DNA from: Dicyema japonicum
Lineage: Eukaryota > Animalia > Dicyemida
DNA length: 64,000 nt
Reading direction: 5' to 3'
Assembly: GCA_011109175.1 (NCBI GenBank)
Contig: RDEW01000040.1
Coordinates: forward strand, 62,001 to 126,000
Below are positions 47,220 to 59,289 of this stretch, piece by piece. The notes beneath the pieces were generated by a model. It saw only the letters and a list, made by a program, of their open reading frames with translations. It was not told where the DNA came from and did not search any database. The number at the start of each line of letters is the position of its first letter. Positions within the stretch are counted from its first letter, which is position 1. The position numbers and the translations under genes are program-made.

Positions 47220-48029
47220 ATGTGTGAGAACAAACATTATTCAAATTCTGACACTTCTAGTGATACTTTTTATACAGCACTTTCTTATTTTTCAAATTCT
47301 GACATTTCTGATGGTACTTTTTATACAGCTCCCACTCATTTTTCAAATTCTGACATTTCTGATGATACTTTTTACACAGTTCCCACTCATTTTTCAAAAT
47401 TCTGACAAATTTGCAAGCATTGACTCTACTAGCAAGTCTGAAAATGAAGAAGTACCCTCTCCAAAATCAGCGTCCTTTATCAATGATGTGAAAATCCGAA
47501 AGCCAAAGCAATCTTCTAAGAGAAATACCAAAGTAATCTTAAATTTAAATTTTAGTGTAAAATCAAGTTTGGATGCATTTCCTCAGGCGACCAAAAAGAT
47601 CACTAGAAAACCCAAATTGACTCAAAAACAAATTCCATTGATCATTTCTTGCATAATTTGTAAATAATTATATTGACTTTAGTGGCAATTTTGGCCATTT
47701 CATTTCCTATTTTGTCGATAAAAGTCGCCAAAAATAAACTTGTGCGACATTGTACGAAATACTACGTAAAGTCAGAGTTACTAAATATTGTTGATGAGTT
47801 TGATGTCACTTTGATTGTCAAAAATGGATGGTCGAGATATCAGGGAAACACTAGCATGAGGAAACTTTATTACGGGGGGCCTGAAGAAGAGATAGGGAGA
47901 TTCGGATATGGCCTTTATATTATTAATAAAAATAATAAAGACTGTCTGTATGGACTACACGGTGATTCCCCTCGTGTTGATTTCAACGTCACTGTGGAAT
48001 GCAAACAGTTTTATTCTAAACTAATTTGA
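47220..48029 (+). CDS. Orphan single-pass (probably type II) membrane protein with N-terminal 17-aa repeats
   Basis: Removing one extra A (~47397) and splicing a 23-nt intron (47660-47682) joins three ORF-track segments. The join creates the hydrophobic helix IPLIISCIILAILAISFPILSI. Confidence 0.6.
47241..47407 (+). repeat. 51-bp coding tandem repeat, about 3.3 units
   Basis: Units start at 47241, 47292, 47343 and 47394 (tcaaattctgac...). Confidence 0.95.
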
Positions 48030-48104
48030 ATTTTTGGAAACTATAATTAATTTTTAAATTTGTTTTATTTTTTTGTGTACAGTAAATCTTTCACTGGTAG
48101 TGCA

Positions 48105-48225
48105 TAGGCTTGACGAGTGTCGTCTTCAGTGAACATTTCACTGCGGAAACGGATCGTCTACAAAAGGACTCACACCAACAAAAAGAAAAAAGAGGTGTAG
48201 AGTATCCTTGGTTCTCCCTCATCCA
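48105..48225 (+). mobile_element. SINE family C fragment
   Basis: cagtgaacatttcactgcggaaacggatcgtcta core as in 27752-27930. Confidence 0.6.
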
Positions 48226-49507
48226 TCAGTTATGATAACTGCCAAAATGTCGTATAATAATGTACCATTGTAGGGTGTGACAAAGAACAACCGAGTCGTA
48301 TCGTAATTTAGTGGAATAATTGAAGTTGCATAAAAAATTAATAACACTGTAACAACATTATATTTAATAAAAGATGAAATTTGAAAATTTAAATGACGAT
48401 AGTTTAATTATATTTTAACAGAACAAACACTTTGTATACTTAAGTAAAAGAAAAATAATTAGAATTTAAAATATTTGTTTTCTTTGAATCAAATAATATA
48501 TTTCAAATTGCTTGGGAATTAACATTGATTTCCCATCATGCAGATACTTTAACTTCTAAAATTTCAAATAACGGTTTTTATAACTGCAGTGAAATAGTTG
48601 TAACTATTCCTAATGGAACTATAAAAATATGAAAATGCAACTCACAAAAACAGATAATAATACAATATTTACTGGAAATGGTAACTTATAATAATAACCG
48701 ACATTTAGCACTCGGATGTGACTTAGAAAGACTCAAATCAACAAAAAATACTTGAATACAAGATTAAAGACAACTACAACTCGAAGTTACATAACAACTC
48801 TTGGTACTAGAAATACAACATACTACCATGCAACCAGTAATATTAATTTAAATTAAAAAAAACAAATATATAATATCAATTTGTGTAATAAGCAATATTG
48901 TGATCTTCTCTGTCGTTTACTTAAAAAAATATAAAAGAACACGTTATTACCCACTACAGATTGGCGTATTCAACTATTAATATTATTCTCTTTTAGTTAT
49001 GACTTAATTCATTGGTCGATTATATTTAGTTAAGAATTTATTAAGTTTTGATTGACGCTGAGTTCTTTCTAAAGATATCCAAGGAGATCAACTGAAGCAG
49101 ATTATGTTCGGGGCGTCATAGCTTCTGAGTGTACCTAGACGTCCAACACTATTGACTTCCATATACCTGATAATCGATAAGTTAGGCGTAAAAGACAACG
49201 AGTGTCTCAATATTAAAATGTTTTATTTTGTTCAGAAATTAAGCATCCTTAATTTTGTGGAAATCTCTGACATTTTGTTGTTACGTATTCCTGTTATAAT
49301 TGACTACCCAGGAGGATCAACTTAAGGTTAAAAAGACAAACTTTATAGTTACTTCTAGCTGAGATTTTTATATCCATATACCAGCGCCTTATATGCTCTT
49401 TATGAAAATTGGTTTATTCACAATTCAATCATAGCAATCAATTTAATTAAAATTACTGAAATTAGAATGACTAAGAAGTAAAGCGTGTACTAATCAATAT
49501 TTTAAAG

Positions 49508-51212
49508 CAGAGGTTGTCAAATGGTGTGGCGCATGCCAAATACAAATTTGAATAAATTTATATACATTTTTTGACCTAATTAATTTATAAAGAAAAACAA
49601 ATTAAAATAATTACTAAAATTAAAATAATCATTTTTTTATTATACATTAAATGACATTTACATTGGTTAACCATTATCTCAACACGGGCCATTAGGACAC
49701 TTCAATATAACAAAGTCTTGGAGCGCTTCCCCCGGATATCAGTCCAACGGAACAATCGCTCCCGAGGAAGATCAGAATCGGACTGGCTCGCCTACGGTGT
49801 GGACACCACCCTTTTCTGGCTGGCAGAGTAGTTCGAGACCTTTTTCCCTGCCCTGGACCACCGGATGCAAAAAGTCGAGATCTCTGGAGCGGCCTGTCCG
49901 GACTGGCACGCTCTTTGATGGTCGCCGGCTTCCCACTTGCTGGCGAAGCCGGGGTTAATAATTTAATTTAATTGGTTAACCATTATTTATTAATTTTTTA
50001 ATAACGTGCGCATCAACGTGCTAATGGGTAAATCAGTTTGTCGTTTTTATAAAATTCTTATTTGTCATTTGGATTTATATGCAAAGATAAAAAAAACTAC
50101 CTCAATGTCTAAGTTGCATGGAAGTCTTGGCAAATGATGCTATGGTTCCTAGCAAACTAAAGAGACATTTTACTTCCAAGCATTCGGACTATTCCGAAAA
50201 ATCTGTGGATTATTTTATCCATTTGAAAAAACAACTCAAGTATTATTCAGTTTTTACTATGAATCGTAGATCTAGTCAAATGATGTTCAGTGAAACTTTT
50301 GTAAACACAAAGGAATCATTGAAATGTTCATACCTGATCTCAGAATTGATAGCAAAACTACTAAAACCTCACACTATTGGCGAAAACTTGATAATCCCTG
50401 CTTGTTGTATTATTGCTCGGACTATGTTTGGTCATAAATATGAACAAAAATAATGAAGATACCTTTGTCAGATAACACTGTTTCTCGTCGGATTTATGCT
50501 TTGTCGGAGAATATTGAAAATAATGTCTCATTTTCTATTAAAGAAACTCGGTTTTCATTACAACTTGATGAATCCACGGATATTGGTTTATTTTATATTT
50601 TAAGTATAATAAGGATATAATGGTGAATCGATACAGGGACTGATTCATGAACATTTAATAATTTTGGAAAACAAAATGGATGCTTATTTTCCAGACTTAG
50701 AAATTGAAAAATTCGATTGGGTTATTATTTTTAAATATTTTTTAGATACGAAATCCTTTTCTTGTGTCAGAATCAAAACACTTATCTGTTAAAGAAAATG
50801 AAAACTTATTGCACTGTTTAATGATCGATCCTTAAAATTAATGATGACGGAGTTAGACATTGGAGAATTCTGGATATATATTCGAAACATATATCCCAGT
50901 TTATCAAAACAAGCACTGACCATAATTTTACAGTTTTCAACGACCTATTTATGCGAAACAGGTTTTTCTACGCTGCATAATATGAAATATAACAAACGTG
51001 AAAGTTTGAGAAACATTGATGCTGAAATGCGGGTGGCTTTGTCAACCATTCGACCTGATATTGATGATATATGCAAAAACAATAATAATTAAGATTTTTT
51101 TTTTATTAATAAAAATTTGGGCATTAAATTACCAATTTTAGTACTTAGTTTTACACATCTTAAAAATTTTATTTTTTAATGTGTGCCGTGGATTATTTTT
51201 TGAAAAGCTCTG
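49508..51212 (+). mobile_element. Buster-type hAT element, second and longer copy
   Basis: Same TIRs as 2275-3189. TSD ttttaaag (49500-49507, 51213-51220). Retains FSLQLDESTD and the dimerisation region FSTTYLCETGFS. Confidence 0.93.
49678..49970 (+). mobile_element. 5'-truncated Ingi/I-like LINE 3' end inserted into the hAT element
   Basis: 16-bp TSD attggttaaccattat (49662-49677, 49971-49986). LARLRCGHHP peptide. Ends ggggttaataat. Confidence 0.85.
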
Positions 51213-52574
51213 TTTTAAAGATTATAATTATATTGTGACGTAAACTACCTACAACCGCAGTTTACAGTTCCTACGTATTTTCCATAATTAACTTAATACA
51301 GGTAATGGAATCATCTACTTTTCATGACTTGTATGAATAAATAATAAAGTATGTACAAGATCATGATGAATAAAATAATATTATTATTAGAATCCACAAA
51401 TATCGAGTATTCTTCAACTAATTAAAAGTTTGGATTTGAAACAAATTGTATGAATGTAGGAAGAAAACGACAAGAGAAATTGGTGAGGAAATAATTATGC
51501 GAACTAAATATATAGGGTATTTAAATAAAAAGATAATTATACCAACACAAGGTAATAAATGGAAAACTCAAAATAAAAAATAAAATAACAAAAATATGTA
51601 TTCATGTAACGATATGTAATTTGCAATTATAGAGTAATTTGTGACCATCATTATATCGTAATAATATCGCCTTTTGATACAACAGTATTTCATGCTGTTG
51701 ATGAGGGCTGTCATAAATATAATAAAGCATGCATTAAAATTGGTTATTTAAAGTAAAATATAAATTTACAAATATATGTTTTGATGTAACGATCGATTGA
51801 AAGAAGACTGATTTCTTTTGTATACCAGGTTTATTAGCTCAACTAACACTAATGCCTTTGTTATATTTATAAATACCAAAAAGATTTAACATTAAAATAT
51901 CGACACATGTTTATATATGTAAATTCTAAACAATTTGTATTTATAGTATCACTTACATAACATATTCACGTAATTAATGTAATCTCTATAGTATCTTAAT
52001 TATAGAGAAAACTAACTCATATGCTGAAGAAGGGACAAGGATGATTTGGTGGTTAATTATCAAAGAGGAGTGTGACTCCTATCGATTACGAGTAGCAAGA
52101 GTTATTAAATTATGATTTTTTTGTTCGTTTTTTAATAAATTCTCTTTACATATAGCAAGATTTGAGTGACCCATAACTAATATTCTCTTGATCGTGGGGT
52201 TAACTAGTATTCTCTTTACTCAAATATATTTTACTTACAAGAATATATAATGTAACATAGAAAACCTTTGTATCATATAATCCAGCTTTCAGATGAATCC
52301 CGTTGCTGGTTCATTCTCTCTCCTACACTTCAAGATCATCAGTTGATTAATGTTCATCCTCGTCGACATTTGTCTTTCCTCGTCTGTCTTTGATCATTTA
52401 TATAACTGAGGACATTCTTTTTCACATTTTAACCATGTGAGCTGAAATCTGGTCTAACTTTATAAGTTTTCCATATGCTAATGCGGAGTCCAAAGAATAA
52501 CCAAAAGCTTATATAATCTTGGACCAACATAAAACAATAATATGTGACGCAGGGGTTTTATTGGGGCAAGGATG

Positions 52575-52840
52575 TACTGTTCCTTCTGGATAACGCAACG
52601 TCTGATGACATCTGATCTGAAGGTTTTGTGATCGAATCCGATAAATGGAGTTTTCTGGGAAGATCAAATTTAGTCAAGCAGATCCCACCCGTGAGGCGAC
52701 GAGTTCCTCTGTCATGATCAGTAGTTGAAAAGGATCTTCCTACAATCTCCTTGACAAAATCCTCTTGTGAAGATAATCCATTATGAAAAGTCTTCCGCTG
52801 AAGTATAAAGTGATGTCGGATCATCTTTCCTGACATAAAA
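52575..52840 (+). mobile_element. SINE family B partial copy
   Basis: Collinear with 3205-3565. Confidence 0.75.
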
Positions 52841-52928
52841 CGAGCAAAAGTATTCATGCAACAATTGAGTCTTATTAGATATTTCAAATTCCTCAAACTC
52901 CCTTTGGCAGCGAATTATTTCTGATTCT

Positions 52929-53277
52929 ATGGTAGAAGAAATATATGACTCAACACAACATGATTTCTACACAACAGGTTAAGAAAATATGTTTAAATCA
53001 GAAATAATGTGTTCAAAAGTGAACGATTCAAAAAAGTCTTTCTCAACTAAACAAATTTTGCAGTGATAGACATTGTTTTGAATAAGGTTAAGAAAAGAAA
53101 ACAGCTTAATTGAACATACAAAAACTATTTGGAAAATATGTTTTGTGAGAAAAGTTTCCTAAAAAAGAATTAGAAGATATGTCAAATGGAAATAATATGC
53201 CAGAAAAAGTTGTGAAAAATTGGTTCGGCAATCGTAGACAAAAAGATCGTCGTGATAATGATTTCCTAATTTCTTGA
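52929..53277 (+). CDS. Small divergent homeodomain protein (gene with indel errors, or pseudogene)
   Basis: KKRKQLN...YLENMF...EKVVKNWFGNRRQKDRR fits homeodomain positions R5, L16, F20, W48, F49, N51, R52, R53. One in-frame TGA and one or two frameshifts. Upstream micro-introns are inferred. Confidence 0.7.
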
Positions 53278-53934
53278 CCTTTTGTTTGTTGTGTTTTTAT
53301 TGGGTTTTCACTTAATTTGAACTTTACCCTTTTTTAAATTTACTGTAATAATGTTAATTGAATCTAAAACGTTGATATTTTCGTTTGATGTTAAAAAATT
53401 TGGGTCATAAAATTCCTACCAAAATGTTATTTGTAATTAAGCATTTGAAAATGAGGGATTCGATGTGTTCGGATATTAATCATTACTCTTCGAAATTAAA
53501 GACATACTTGGAATCCTTATTGTCTCGTCACACATAACGTTTGTAGAATACCCAGTTGTTTTAGATGATATTGGGACTCATATATGGAAAAGGCTGAATA
53601 TTAAGATGGAGAGAACTGCTTGTTTTCCTCAGATATAACATTAATTTGCCAACTTGTTGAAAACGTGCTAGTCTTGTGTGGTTAACGTGTTGTCTTGTGT
53701 CACCCATTTCGGAAAGGAACGAAAAGAGCCAATAACTTCTCCCCACCTCTTGGGGTTCCCGTAAGCCAGCTCGTTCAAATGAAAATATAATTGAGAATAT
53801 TCGCAAAACGTCGTAATCTTTCAAAGATGGACGATGAAGGTAACAATGCCACAGAAATATACTTTAACATAAATAATCAAAATTACAAAAATCCTAAATG
53901 AATAAATACCAATTTACGTTAACATAATTTCTTC

Positions 53935-53990
53935 AACAAATCTCGCCAGCCATCCTAAGACGGAATAGCATGGCGGCTACAGTATGACCC
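53935..53990 (+). mobile_element. CRE-like 3' tip
   Basis: AILRRNSMAATV*, near-identical in DNA to 28235-28265. Confidence 0.5.
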
Positions 53991-54144
53991 TTGTGACTCT
54001 GTGTTTCTTCAATCAAATAAAAATACAATTTCTTCATAGTTATAAGTAGCATGATGAAATGGTAAATTAAAGATTTATTTTATAAAAGTTTGATAAATAT
54101 TGCACTGTCAATAATGAAGAAATATTAATATAAGCAAATATAGG

Positions 54145-55320
54145 GATAGCATGTCTCCGCTGCTCTTTGTTCTCTGTTTGGAGCCATTGAGTCGCCGCCT
54201 CAATGACCGGTTTGAACAAATACCAGTTCATTGTGAGGGGGTTTGTTTCAGTACAAATCACCTCCTTTTTATCGATGACCTGAATATGTATGCTCGAACA
54301 GCCAAGGAGCTTTACTCCATAGAGGTCTGTGCCAAGAAATCTTTGAGAGTATGGGACTAGATTTGAATTATTCAAAGTCTGCGACTGACACGCAAGTATG
54401 TAGCGAGTTAGTAAGAGTCCTAGAGGAACACGAAGGATATAAGTATCTGGGTGTTACCGAATCTCCAAAGTCCCTTATAATGCCTGAGACAAAGCGACAA
54501 ATTACTGAAGGATCCGTAAAATAGCAGCGTTATTATGTAAGACGTCTCTAAATGCAAGGAATTTGTTCCTAGCATTGAATATGCTGTCTCGCTGCTAAAC
54601 TACTACATTGGTGTAGTGGAGTTTGTGCCCAAAGAGTATGATGAGATGGATGTTATGATCCGTGGAGTACTCAGAGAGAACCATGTACATGTGCTGGCAG
54701 CCAATAAGGAGAGACTATATTTACCCCGTGATAAATTCGGCCGTGGACTGTGTGGAGTAGTCCAACTAAGTGAGCGTATCCTAATGCGAATGCACGACAC
54801 CCTGATAGCTGGGTTAAGTGTGTCTGCTTGGAAGCACGCCATAATAACGACCAAGAAAACACGGGCAACCCACCTAGGCACTATCAGACCTTTTTTTGTT
54901 TGCTAAGTATAGTGTTGATGATGGTGGGATAGTAAATGTGAAGGTGTTGATCGAATTACAATATAATAATTTGATGGAAAAGATCAACTTAAAAAGCCTT
55001 CATAAGGTCATCTTCAGAGCATTGGACAACCCACATGTCGACCTTAAGTCGTCGACAATATGGCTAAAATACGGTGACAACTCACCTCCATCGGAGGCGC
55101 TCCACACGTATATGCAAGATCGCAATATTTTTTGGGATCGATCAACAAATACATGTCCCCATTGTAAGTCAAGGAACATGTTGGTTGATCATTTAGCCAC
55201 TCGATGTGGATCCATGTTCTTCCATGACTATGTGTGGAGGCATAACGAGGTAGTAAGGAGTCTTCATCTTCTACTATGCAATAAGTATGGTATTCGCCAC
55301 ACCAGAAAGTTGCGGACTCA
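54145..55320 (+). mobile_element. Second, mutated copy of the RLE (R4/Dong-like) element
   Basis: Near-identical to ~17860-16670 (rc), with stops and indels. Cut off by the neighbouring RTE fragment. Confidence 0.92.
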
Positions 55321-55324
55321 GTAT

Positions 55325-55702
55325 TACGAATCATCTTCTCCGTCAGCTTCTACCATGATCTTCTGTTCCAATTTCCATTATAATATCAATGATGTCCACA
55401 CCCTTGTAACGTGGTGAATCAGGTCCTGATGGATTGCAAATCCGAAACCATAATGTCGGCAGGCTGACGGGAAGATAAAAATGTGGAATTTTCCAAACAG
55501 TTATGTACATTGTAGGGTCGTTTTTGTCTCTTGTAGACAGCAGACAGAGACGTCGTATTTGGTTAGATCGCATACCAGTTGGTGTTTCTTGTGAGGTTGT
55601 TTAAGTCCTCTGCAATTAAAAGATCCCAGAGTGAACGGAGAAGTCGGTAAGGAATACAAATAAGACATAGTGTAATAGAGGTGTCGTCACCACCTCGACC
55701 AA
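55325..55702 (-). mobile_element. RTE 5' fragment
   Basis: 5' motif ttggtcgaggtggtgacg, then SFNCRGL...CCLQETK...HYGFGFAIH. Confidence 0.8.
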
Positions 55703-55714
55703 TTTATTTATTTT

Positions 55715-56110
55715 ATTTTTAATAACCCCGGGAACACCGAGAAAGAAAGACAAAAGAGTCAAACAGTTAGGCGATCCCAGTCCTCGCAATCAATTGTGCC
55801 AATTGACGTCTGTGATCTTCCATCGTCCCCACTACTTTCCGGAAGAGCCTTCTCTCGGTCTTGCAGAGGAATCCGATCGGGGATGGGAATTTCTTATCCA
55901 ATCGGTTTTCTCTTGCCATGGAAAGGATCAGGCGAAGCGGATTTCCATCTTCCTCACAGACGCGAAGAAATCCGGAGCCACGACTACGGATCTTAGCTTC
56001 CATGAGTAGTGGGTCGACTGTTGATCCATTACATGGGCAAAGCATACTGATTGTTTTCTGGTGTATCGAGTTGACTCTTTGGACCATGGACTCCGATAGC
56101 GCGAATCGAC
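55715..56110 (-). mobile_element. Ingi/I-like LINE 3' end
   Basis: TRKQSVCFA...decayed zinc knuckle. 3' UTR ctttctcggtgttcccggggttattaa. Confidence 0.65.
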
Positions 56111-56114
56111 TCCG

Positions 56115-56270
56115 ATAGCATGTAAAAGGATCATTTTCCTCCCCCACTATACTGGAGTGGTTCCAACAGCTGCACTAAATGAGCACTTTATGCTAGTTCT
56201 TGATAGACTATGTGACATTGGAAAGACTCAGTTTCTGCAACTGTGGTACTTAATTTGTTGTTAACCACCA
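56115..56270 (+). mobile_element. SINE family A internal fragment
   Basis: aaaaggatcattttcctcccccactatactggag matches family A. Confidence 0.6.
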
Positions 56271-56589
56271 TGTGGAGATCATGACACACAACGTGTTGTA
56301 TTGAAAACAAAGATTATTCTAAATGATTAGTCAGATTTATTTAAGGTAGAAAAACCCGCGATAAAGTCCCTGAACATAGTCCACAAGGTCTCTCTAATGT
56401 TTTTATAGTAAAACTCTGCGTAAAGTCAGATAAAGCCTACCACCTTCTGTCCAGAAAAATCGCTTCCTCAGGCATTCACTGTATCCTGCAGATAATATTA
56501 AGGTTCCTGAGAAATACCGACAAGAATAGAATAATTTATTATATTAATTATTTTTTTAATTAATATAAAATTTATTACTTTGGTAACAA

Positions 56590-59043
56590 ATGGGCAAAAA
56601 GGTAAATATATAAATGAATATTAGAAAACAAATTCTGTAAGAAAATCTTTGGAGGCAGAACGTTTGCGACAACTAAGTATGCTTAAATGCAAAATTAGAA
56701 ATACAAGAAGATGAGGAAGCTGAAAGAAAAATCCAAGAGGAAAATCAACGTAAAATCGAAATGGAAAGGAATATGGAAATACAAAATGTATTGATTAGTT
56801 TTACAATAGAAGTTAGCCCAGTCTTTGGTTGAATTGGGAAAACTTGAAGAAATAAAAAACCATTTCGAACGAGAAAATAAAATTGAGGAAGAAAAGCAGT
56901 TTGAAATGTACAAAGTTAAAGTCACATGAAAATTCCTAGTGGAACAAATACATTTGTTGTGATGGAAATATCAATCCCCTAAGCATTAGCCAAATAAATA
57001 CCTTTATCTCGCTGTGGCTGGAACATGGGTCAAATAAAATGGAGGACATTATGAAGAATTGTGAAAAAATTATCATTGTAGTGGAGTAAACGTAACATTA
57101 GATGCTGAAAGAAATCAATTATGCAAAGAAGTTTATCCAATATGATCAAGAAATAGATTTGGATTTCCTCCAAGAAATAGAAACTAAGCTTTTATTTTCA
57201 ATGCAAGAGAAAGTTGACATGGGACCCTAAGTATCCTTGAAAATGCAGTCGGAGGGGATGTAGACTTTGATACCGGAAACTTGCATCTGATAAACAGAAT
57301 TGACCAGATTGTATATTGTCTGTGGGTCAATCTGAGTAAAGGATTGAAGTAATTTAACTTTAACCTACAAGAACTACAAATCATCAATTTGATGTCTTTG
57401 ACTTTACATTCGATATTCCAAAAACTGTCCAATCTGCGGATGTCGCTATTCGTCTAATTTGGGAGAGTTTTGACTCTTTCACTCAAACTTCCGATTCGTA
57501 TAAAATAAGAAAGATTTCCAAAAAGTTAAACAACGTCCTAGTCGTTCAAAGTACATTGGCTAATAATGGTAACACCATAAATTAAAATTAGGACTTTCTA
57601 GGAAAAGATCGAGTAACTCCCAACCAGAAATTGTATTTATATTACTAAAAGTCAAGGAAAATGAGGTGGAGACCGTAGATGTACCAAAACATGAGGATGA
57701 ACCTACGGAAAATATCAATGGTGTTGAATCAGAGGAGGGTATATTCCAATAAATATTTTTCAGATGTCTCAGAAATTGGAGAGTTTGACATGGACGTTGA
57801 TTTTGTGGACATGCGCTGCTATCGAACAATTGGGGGTCTCTTTCATTTTGAAATTCTTAATCTTCCATTACAGCCAATTAAAATAAACAAGGATTTTATT
57901 CTTAAATTGGGTATTTCCCCAAATAAACCGTTTAGCGGTGGATGACTGTCATTTGAAGAAATTTAATTATTCCACTGAAGATTCGATGGAAAATTTGGAA
58001 TATTTTGACGAAACTGATAAAACTGTGTTTTATGGATCGCCAATTCGAATCAAATTAAAGTTTTTCCGTTTTATTGAGCCAGCAGATTTCCCGGTAACTT
58101 TCTTATCACTGAACAACCTGATATTGCATTTTGGGACACCGAGGAAAGAAATTGGAGGACAAATATTACATTTGATCCTCTTTATGACGAAAGTAACCAC
58201 TTTTATCATTTTGATCTTCGAGAGATAAGCTTCTCAACGAAAACTCTCGGTACCTTTGCCTTGGTTCAAGAACTCCACATTCATATGCCCTACCAGTCAT
58301 GGGAAATAAGACCACGTGCTTATAATCATGTACTTATCACAATGATGACATCAATCGCCGAGTTTGAGATTGAAATAAAGGTTGGTTTAAACTGTGAATA
58401 GGATGACCTTCTTTGCCTGTCCTCTGTGCAGGAATATCATGAATTAGACTTATTGCTTGGAAAGTGGATGTCCTTTGAGATATTTGTTCAGGTTTCGTTA
58501 CTTTCAGTGAAGTAGGCCTTATACGATGCTGGTCTTAATATTTTCCCTAAGGAAGATTCCAATTACTTTTTAAAAATGAACAAGAAAGTTCACTTGATGT
58601 TTATTTCAGACAAAAAAATTGTCCAGAAAAGTTTATCTGGACATTTCAGTTACTTCACCAGTAATGGCTTTTTCCTACTTCCCATTTTAATGAACAAACC
58701 GATAAAAACACATGCATTTTACAGATTGCAAGGCCAACCGGAGATGAGCCAATCAATGAAGTAATAATTTTTTTGATTTAAGAACAATTGGATCGTGACA
58801 ACAAATTCTACTAAATATGTTCAGTGCCTAAAAGTTTCTGAATTTGAAACTGAATTAAATTTCGAACCGTTAAATAGCCAAGATAAGGTTGTAAATTGGT
58901 GTTATTAAAAGTTCCATTCTACACTTTACCAAATGTCTTGTGATAAAATGGATCCGGTATACTCACCCACGGATAATTGGAAGCTGTGCAAAACATTGGA
59001 ATTATTTATCACCAAAGTAGACTTCCTAAATTACAGTGTTTAA
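56590..59043 (+). CDS. DNAI7: Axonemal dynein intermediate chain 7 (CASC1 / IC97)
   Basis: WNKYICCDG...INTFISLW, TIGGLFHFEILNLP, HIHMPYQSWEIRP, AGLNIFP, FHSTLYQM. Many 22-25 nt introns; at least one G-run frameshift (~57225). Confidence 0.92.
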
Positions 59044-59134
59044 ACAAAAATATTAATAACATTTAATTTAACTAATATTTAAATATTAATTATTTTAATT
59101 TATTTATAAACCAGCTGAATTTTTCAAATATCAC

Positions 59135-59277
59135 ACAAGAAAAAGAAAAACAAGAAGTGAAGATCATTCCTTGGTTCTACGATTAGTTAAAATTAACTGT
59201 TCTTTACTTAAATAAAGTGTGTGTCCTGCCTATGCGGAGCTATAAATACTATGGCTCTCGTGAAAAGGCTTTATTAT
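59135..59277 (+). mobile_element. SINE family C 3' half
   Basis: Near-identical to 1027-1165 (rc). Confidence 0.75.
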
Positions 59278-59289
59278 TCTTCAAATATG

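Noticed and set aside
47241-47407. CRISPR-like periodic repeat
   Set aside because: The units are contiguous 51-bp in-frame coding repeats without unique spacers, in a eukaryotic context.
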